Assembly: GCA_965218795.1 (NCBI GenBank)
Contig: OZ244653.1
Coordinates: 352,001-416,000, forward strand
DNA length: 64,000 nt
Direction: 5' to 3'
Source of the DNA: a bacterium
Lineage (GTDB): Bacteria > UBA8248 > JACPRG01 > G963555815
Position 1 is the stretch's first letter; each line of letters opens with the position of its first letter. Of this stretch, positions 58,150 to 64,000 are shown piece after piece. The translations under genes and the position numbers were made by a program. Under the pieces are notes generated by a model. It was given only the letters and a program-made list of their open reading frames with translations. It made no database searches and had not been told where the DNA came from.

Positions 58150-59442
58150 ATGGAAATAGGGGTGATTGGTCTCGGTTACGTTGGGCTCGTGACAAGCGCC
58201 GTGTTTGCGGACCTGGGGAACGACCTGATCTGCGCCGACATCGATAAGGAGAGGGTGGACTGCCTGAATCGGGGTGAGGTCCCCATCTATGAGGTGGGAT
58301 TGGAAGAGATGATCCACCGTAATGTGGAAGGCGGCCGACTCTCCTTCACAACAGACACCCACGAACTCGTGCGAAATTCGGAGCTCATCTTCATTTGCGT
58401 AGGCACACCGCCGAATGATGACGGGGAAACGGATCTCTCTTGCGTGGAAAGCGCGGCCAGGGCCATTGCGCATGCCATTGATGATTACCGGGTCATCATT
58501 ACCAAGAGCACGGTTCCGGTTGGCACGGGGGCTTTCGTGTCGGACATCATCGAGCGATACAAGCGGAAGTCCGTGCTGTTTGACGTTGTATCCAATCCGG
58601 AATTTTTACGGGAAGGTTCCGCGATCCAGGACACCCTCGCTCCCGACCGAATTGTCATCGGCGCGCCCAATAAGACGGTGGCCATGCGGCTGCTGGAGCT
58701 CTATTCGCCCCTGGAGCGCCCTATGCTCATCACGGACGTGCCGAGCGCGGAGATCATCAAATACGCCAGCAACGCGTTTCTCGCGATGAAGATATCGTTC
58801 ATCAACGGGGTGGCAAATGTTTGTGAGCGAGCAGGGGCCAACGTGGACGATGTCGCCAAGGGCATGGGGTATGACGCCCGCATCGGCCGGTCGTTTCTGT
58901 ACCCCGGGCTTGGGTTCGGCGGGTCCTGTTTCCCCAAGGATGTCGAATCGTTTGTCCACAAGGCGGATGACCTGGGGTACGATTTCCGTCTGCTGAAGGA
59001 GGTCCTCGATATCAATCGCGAGCGGGCTCCCCATTTATTGAAAATCATCCGCAAGAGCATGGGCGGCCTGAAGGACAGGGTGTTCGGCGTGCTGGGTCTC
59101 GCGTTCAAGGACAATACGGATGACATGCGGGAGGCGAAATCGCTGGAAGTCATTCGGGTCCTCCAGAAGGAGGGGGCACGGGTCAAAGCGTATGATCCGG
59201 TCGCGATCGAAAACGCAAAGAAAATCCTCAATGGAGTCGAATTCTCTCCAACGGCCTACGCGGCGGCGGAAGGGGCGGATGCCTTGGTCGTGGTGACCGA
59301 ATGGCGGGAGTTTCGTCAACTGAATCTGGTTCGGATCAAGGAGATGATGTCGAAACCGATCATCTTCGACGGACGCAACATCTACGATGCGGACCGCATG
59401 AGAAGATTGGGATTCCAATATCACTGCATGGGAAAGCCCTGA
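58150..59442 (+). CDS. ugd: UDP-glucose 6-dehydrogenase
   Basis: [46 protein letters not shown]. Confidence 0.95.
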   Translation: MEIGVIGLGYVGLVTSAVFADLGNDLICADIDKERVDCLNRGEVPIYEVGLEEMIHRNVEGGRLSFTTDTHELVRNSELIFICVGTPPNDDGETDLSCVESAARAIAHAIDDYRVIITKSTVPVGTGAFVSDIIERYKRKSVLFDVVSNPEFLREGSAIQDTLAPDRIVIGAPNKTVAMRLLELYSPLERPMLITDVPSAEIIKYASNAFLAMKISFINGVANVCERAGANVDDVAKGMGYDARIGRSFLYPGLGFGGSCFPKDVESFVHKADDLGYDFRLLKEVLDINRERAPHLLKIIRKSMGGLKDRVFGVLGLAFKDNTDDMREAKSLEVIRVLQKEGARVKAYDPVAIENAKKILNGVEFSPTAYAAAEGADALVVVTEWREFRQLNLVRIKEMMSKPIIFDGRNIYDADRMRRLGFQYHCMGKP

Positions 59443-60383
59443 TGACGACGCCGAGAAGTCTTGTGACGGGAGGGGCGGGATTCCTTGGGTCGCACCTGTG
59501 CGAGCGTCTCCTGACTGAAGGCCACGAAGTGGTTTGCATGGATAATCTTCTAACCGGCGATGCGGAGAATGTTTCACACCTCTTGAGCGATCAATTTCAG
59601 TTGATCGAGTACAACGTGACCCGTTTTCTGACTGTGCCGGGACAGCTGGATTTCATTTTCCATTTCGCCTCTCCAGCGAGTCCGATTGACTATTTGGAGT
59701 ATCCGATTCAAACGCTCAAAGTCGGGGCGTTGGGAACGCTGAGCGCCCTGGGGCTGGCCAAGGCCAAAGACGCCACCCTCTTGTTGGCTTCCACCTCGGA
59801 GGTGTATGGCGACCCGCTGGTACATCCTCAAAATGAGGACTACTGGGGGAATGTGAATCCCATCGGTCCCCGCGGGGTATACGACGAAGCCAAGCGTTAC
59901 GCCGAGGCACTCGTCATGGCCTACCACCGGTTTCATTCGCTGAAAACACGAATTGTACGGATCTTCAATACCTACGGCCCGCGCATGCGCATTCGAGACG
60001 GCCGGGCCGTCCCGACCTTCCTCGCCCAGGCTCTCCGAGATGAACCCTTAACGGTCTTCGGTGACGGTTTACAGACACGGAGTTTCTGCCATGTCTCCGA
60101 TCTGATTGAAGGTATCATCCGTCTTTCGAGATCAGATTTTACTGGACCCGTCAACATCGGAAATCCAAACGAAATTACCGTTCTCGAATTGGCGCAGACC
60201 ATCATCGAGCAGACCGGAAGCCGAAGCGTCATTGATTTCAGACCGCTTCCGGTCGACGACCCGAAGGTGCGGCAGCCGGACATCTCCCTGGCCAAAGAAA
60301 TTCTTGATTGGGAGCCCTCGGTCGCCCTCCGGGAGGGGTTGAAAGACACGTTGAAATACTTCCGGCAGAAATTGGCCGCCTGA
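59442..60383 (+). CDS. UDP-glucuronate decarboxylase (UDP-xylose synthase)
   Basis: [50 protein letters not shown]. Confidence 0.92.
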   Translation: MTTPRSLVTGGAGFLGSHLCERLLTEGHEVVCMDNLLTGDAENVSHLLSDQFQLIEYNVTRFLTVPGQLDFIFHFASPASPIDYLEYPIQTLKVGALGTLSALGLAKAKDATLLLASTSEVYGDPLVHPQNEDYWGNVNPIGPRGVYDEAKRYAEALVMAYHRFHSLKTRIVRIFNTYGPRMRIRDGRAVPTFLAQALRDEPLTVFGDGLQTRSFCHVSDLIEGIIRLSRSDFTGPVNIGNPNEITVLELAQTIIEQTGSRSVIDFRPLPVDDPKVRQPDISLAKEILDWEPSVALREGLKDTLKYFRQKLAA

Positions 60384-60416
60384 CGCCGAGGCGTCGCGTT
60401 CAAGGGAAGGGTACCG

Positions 60417-61142
60417 GTGACCCCCTCCGATTCTTCCAAGTCCTATCCCGCTTCCATTCGGGAGTGGCCCGAAGCCGAACGTCCCAGAGAGCGGCTCTTG
60501 GCCGGAGGACCCGGCCGACTCGGCGACGCTGAGTTGTTGGCCATCATTCTCAGAACCGGCGGCGGTCCCGACCCATCGGGGACCTTCGGAGGAAGCGCCC
60601 TGGATCTGGCCCGTTCCCTACTCTCCAGGTTCGGAAGCCTGAGGGGGATTGAGAGTGCGGGGGTCAACGATTTGAGCTCCGTCCGGGGGATGGGTCCGGC
60701 CAAGGTGGCCCAATTGAAAGCCGCCCTGGAACTGGGTCGCAGGTTTTTCGCCGAGCGGGATGAAGGGTTTGCGTTTGGTTCCTCCGAAGAGGTCGCGGCG
60801 TATTTCTCCCCCCGTTTGCAGGCACGGCAGCAAGAGTTCTTTCAGGTAGCGCTATTGAACACCAAAAATCTGCTCTTGAAGGTCGAGACGATCTCCCGGG
60901 GATCTCTGAATGAAAGCGTCGTCCATCCCCGCGAGGCCTTCTCCCCAGCCGTCAAGGAATCGGCGGCGTCGGTCATCTTCGCTCACAATCATCCGAGTGG
61001 AGACCCCTCCCCGAGTGAGGCGGACCGGCGTTTGACCCGGCGGCTCCGGGAGACCGGAGATATTTTAGGGATTCGCGTATTGGACCACGTCATTATCGGA
61101 GAGAAGGCTTACTATAGCTTTGCTGACGAAGGTGTCCTCTGA
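60417..61142 (+). CDS. radC: RadC family JAB-domain protein
   Basis: ERPRERL, AELLAIILRTG, VHPRE, HNHPSGDPSPS..D, LDHVIIG. Confidence 0.95.
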   Translation: MTPSDSSKSYPASIREWPEAERPRERLLAGGPGRLGDAELLAIILRTGGGPDPSGTFGGSALDLARSLLSRFGSLRGIESAGVNDLSSVRGMGPAKVAQLKAALELGRRFFAERDEGFAFGSSEEVAAYFSPRLQARQQEFFQVALLNTKNLLLKVETISRGSLNESVVHPREAFSPAVKESAASVIFAHNHPSGDPSPSEADRRLTRRLRETGDILGIRVLDHVIIGEKAYYSFADEGVL

Positions 61143-61219
61143 CTTTCCCGCGGCTTTTTGGGGAACGGATGCCTGCCGCAGGCTGTCGGGGCGAAAGCGG
61201 CACGGAGGATTGGGATTCA

Positions 61220-61831
61220 ATGACGAACGAAGCGTTCCCGGGGGCTCCGGACGTGTGGATGAAGGCGTTGGCGCACCGCCTTGAACTGTATGAGGCCCTG
61301 AAGGCGGACGAGGTCGGAAAACGCTTCAGCGAATTGGCGGACCGGGTCGTGCAAGCGTTCGAGAACGGCGGCAAGATTCTCTTGTTCGGAAACGGAGGGA
61401 GCGCCACCGATGCCCAGCATGCGGCGGCCGAATGGGTGGGCCGTTTCATGATGGAACGCCGGCCCCTGCCGGCAGTAGCGCTGACGGCCGACTCTTCGAT
61501 TCTGACGGCAATCGGAAATGATTATGGGTTCGATCAGGTCTTCGAGCGTCAGGTCGAGGCCTTGGGCGTGGCAGGTGACGTCGCGGTCGCGATCAGCACG
61601 ACGGGCCGATCGGAAAATGTCCTCCGCGCCCTTCGAGCCGCGAAAGGCCTCGGCATCGCAACGATTGCATTGCTTGGCGGCGATGGAGGGAAGGCGAAAG
61701 ATGAAGCGGACCTTTGTCTGGTCGTTTCCCGCGTTGAGATTCCGCTGATTCAGGAGGCTCACAGATTCATCCTCCACCTGTTGTGCGAGGATGTGGACCG
61801 CCGCCTCGACAGAAAGGAAAGCAGTCTCTGA
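61220..61831 (+). CDS. gmhA: Phosphoheptose isomerase
   Basis: GNGGSATDAQH, TAIGNDYGF, ISTTGRSENV, IQEAH. Confidence 0.93.
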   Translation: MTNEAFPGAPDVWMKALAHRLELYEALKADEVGKRFSELADRVVQAFENGGKILLFGNGGSATDAQHAAAEWVGRFMMERRPLPAVALTADSSILTAIGNDYGFDQVFERQVEALGVAGDVAVAISTTGRSENVLRALRAAKGLGIATIALLGGDGGKAKDEADLCLVVSRVEIPLIQEAHRFILHLLCEDVDRRLDRKESSL

Positions 61832-61832
61832 T

Positions 61833-63407
61833 ATGCCTCGATCCAAGGGGCCGAAGGTTCCAACATCTGATTCGGCTTTCCTCGCAGCAGGGAACCCTCC
61901 CGGGCCGGGATGGCCGTTGTCTTTCAGCGCGGATCGCCTTCCGCCGGTGCTTGTCGTCGGAGACCTGATTCACGATCGAATGGTTTGGGGGGATGTCGAG
62001 CGGGTGTCCCCGGAGGCTCCGGTTCAAGTGTTGAAATGGGAGCGGGAGGCGGACGCGGCCGGCGGCGCGGCGAATGTGGCCATGAACCTGGCTTCCCTGG
62101 GCTGCCGGGTGCGTCTGGTTGGAGCTGTCGGTCAGGACTTCGCGGGCGAGCGACTGATCGAAACCCTCGAACGAAAAAGCGTGGATGTCTCGGGCGTCAT
62201 CACTGTCCCGGCCCGGCCCACCAGTCAAAAAATGAGGATCGTGGCGCGCGGTCAGCACATCCTGCGTATCGACCGCGAGGAGGCAGTCCCCTTTCGACCG
62301 GGCGATGAGCGCCGATTGGCGGGTTGTGTCAAGAGGCACGCGAGGGGCGCTTCCGGGATCATCTGTTCCGACTACGGGAAAGGAGTCTGTTTCGGTCCGG
62401 TTCTGGCCGCCGTCGCTGAATTATCGAAACGGCATCGGAGTCGTAAGGGAGCGGGAAACCGTCCGTACGTACTGGTAGACCCAAAAGGGCAGGACTTCAG
62501 CCGCTACCAGAAGGTCGATGTTCTCACGCCCAACGCGGAGGAGGTCGTGGAAGCGACGCGGGAGATGAAGAACGTGTCGCCGGGCGAGGTGGGAATGGAT
62601 TCGCGCGCGCGTCATCTGATCAAACGGACAGGCGTTCAAGCCCTCCTCGTGACAAAGGGGGCGGACGGAATGGATCTGTACGAAACAGAAAAAGGCGCCG
62701 TCCGGAAGACCCCAATCCCGGTTTTACAGACCCATGAGGTTTACGACGTAACCGGAGCGGACGATACCGTGACGGGGACCATGGGAATGGCGGCGTTCGG
62801 CGGTGTGCCGTTGGCGAAAGCCGCTGTGCTGGCCAATGCCGCGGCCGGGATCGTCGTGGGCATGGTCGGGACCGCAGTGATCGAGCCCGAGGCCCTGCTG
62901 CGCGCCACGGATGGCGGGTTTTCCCTCTCCGGACTGAAGATTCTCTCTCGTTCGACCTTGAAAGCGCGGGTGGAGGAGGCCAGGGCGCGGCGTGAGAAGG
63001 TCGTGTTCACCAATGGCTGCTTCGACCTGCTGCATATGGGTCATCTTCATCTGCTTCAGCGGGCGAGGGCCTTCGGAGATCTGCTGGTCGTGGGCATCAA
63101 CGACGACGCATCGGTCCGGAAACTCAAGGGACCGGGACGGCCCTTGATCGGACAAGACCAGCGGGCGGAGCTGCTCGCATCCCTCCGGTTTGCGGACTAC
63201 GTCACGACCTTCCCGGAGCCGACCCCTTTGCGGTTGCTCCGGGCCGTTCGGCCGGATGTCCTCGTCAAAGGAGGGGATTATTCGCTGGACCAGGTGGTTG
63301 GGAGGGATTGGGTCGAAAGCTACGGCGGTCGGGTCGAACGTGTGCCCCTGCTTCCCGGATTTTCTACGTCATCCCTGGTCGAAGCCATTCACGAAAGGGG
63401 GCGTTAA
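61833..63407 (+). CDS. hldE: Bifunctional heptose-7-phosphate kinase/heptose-1-phosphate adenylyltransferase
   Basis: RVSPEAPV, GGAANVA, SDYGKG, DVTGADDTV; C-terminal FTNGCFDLLHMGH and KGGDY. Confidence 0.92.
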   Translation: MPRSKGPKVPTSDSAFLAAGNPPGPGWPLSFSADRLPPVLVVGDLIHDRMVWGDVERVSPEAPVQVLKWEREADAAGGAANVAMNLASLGCRVRLVGAVGQDFAGERLIETLERKSVDVSGVITVPARPTSQKMRIVARGQHILRIDREEAVPFRPGDERRLAGCVKRHARGASGIICSDYGKGVCFGPVLAAVAELSKRHRSRKGAGNRPYVLVDPKGQDFSRYQKVDVLTPNAEEVVEATREMKNVSPGEVGMDSRARHLIKRTGVQALLVTKGADGMDLYETEKGAVRKTPIPVLQTHEVYDVTGADDTVTGTMGMAAFGGVPLAKAAVLANAAAGIVVGMVGTAVIEPEALLRATDGGFSLSGLKILSRSTLKARVEEARARREKVVFTNGCFDLLHMGHLHLLQRARAFGDLLVVGINDDASVRKLKGPGRPLIGQDQRAELLASLRFADYVTTFPEPTPLRLLRAVRPDVLVKGGDYSLDQVVGRDWVESYGGRVERVPLLPGFSTSSLVEAIHERGR

Positions 63408-63414
63408 TTCATTC

Positions 63415-64000
63415 ATGGCGCACCGCCCACCCCACAAGGGACTCGATTTTTCCGCGGCCAAGACCTATCCGCTGAAGGCCCGGAAGAGCAAGGTCGATGC
63501 GGAGGCATTGGCCGACCCGGCCCTCTACCGGCCGGGAGAAGGAAATGTCGAACCGCTGATCCCCCCCATCCTGAAGGGAAAGGACATCAAGTCATTGGCG
63601 GACGCCTGGGCCTCCGCCGTAGAGCGCGGCCGGGCTGTCATCCTGGGCATGGGGGCGCACCCCATCAAAGTGGGTCTGAGCCGTCTGTTCATCGATCTCA
63701 TGGAGCGGAAAGCGATTCATGCGGTTGCGGCCGGTGGCGCCGTGGCGATTCACGACATGGAAATGGCCATGTACGGGAGCACGTCTGAAGAGGTGGCCGA
63801 AGGGTTGCCGAAAGGGGCTTTCGGAATGGCCGAAGAAACCGGGCGGGTTTACTGGGAAGCCGTAGCGCTCGCTGAAAAAGAAGGGTATGGGCTGGGACAG
63901 GCGGTGGGCTGTGTTGTTGCGGAAAGCGAGTTTCCCCAGCGCTCGTTGAGCGTCCTCTCCGCCGCGTATGCGATGGAGATACCGGCTACGCTTCATGTCG
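63415..64000 (+). CDS. Conserved hypothetical deoxyhypusine-synthase-like protein, 3'-truncated by window edge
   Basis: Manual translation: MAHRPP..KTYPLKARKSKV..GMGAHPIKVGLS..IHDMEMA..GSTSEEVAEGL..GAFGMAEETG..IPATLHV; open to window end. Confidence 0.75.
   Translation, partial: MAHRPPHKGLDFSAAKTYPLKARKSKVDAEALADPALYRPGEGNVEPLIPPILKGKDIKSLADAWASAVERGRAVILGMGAHPIKVGLSRLFIDLMERKAIHAVAAGGAVAIHDMEMAMYGSTSEEVAEGLPKGAFGMAEETGRVYWEAVALAEKEGYGLGQAVGCVVAESEFPQRSLSVLSAAYAMEIPATLHV

Noticed and set aside
60417-61142. radC as a marker of a mobile element
   Set aside because: Full-length chromosomal form with HhH region, in housekeeping context.
1-64000. CRISPR arrays, rRNA, IS/transposase, integrase, prophage genes, riboswitches
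   Set aside because: None recognised by eye; an Infernal/Rfam and ISEScan run would be needed to exclude weak cases.

Overview
GC-rich chromosomal window from a diderm bacterium (LptD, BamD and ADP-heptose genes present). The gene style is reminiscent of Deltaproteobacteria/Nitrospinota-like lineages, but this is inference only. Bases 1-31.8 kb are accessory transport and catabolism: three EamA paralogs, a nitrilase, an NCS2 permease, a NapG/MauM ferredoxin, a B12 radical SAM enzyme, an orphan Mo-hydroxylase large subunit, LtaE, an LLM oxidoreductase, an M16 protease pair, PEP carboxylase, an SDR, a ferritin-like gene coupled to an AbiV/HEPN gene, a GGT, an atypical M20, an amidohydrolase, a HAD and an OCD. 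Bases 31.8-36.3 kb hold tRNA-Cys and tRNA-Gly, a non-canonical tRNA (Ser GCU anticodon, short variable arm, U73), a candidate sRNA and a decayed sigma54-activator/Fnr/USP module. Bases 36.4-64 kb are mostly housekeeping: glgA, galT, plsY, pgsA, a sigma factor, bamD, chorismate mutase, atpZIBE-rex-tsaB, ilvB x2 and ilvN x2, psd, pssA, lptD, rmlACD, ugd, uxs, radC, gmhA and hldE. No CRISPR array, rRNA, integrase or transposase was seen. The best leads are the identity-mismatched tRNA with its convergent promoters/sRNA, and the ferritin-like + AbiV pair. All calls come from reading motifs by eye; no database searches were run.
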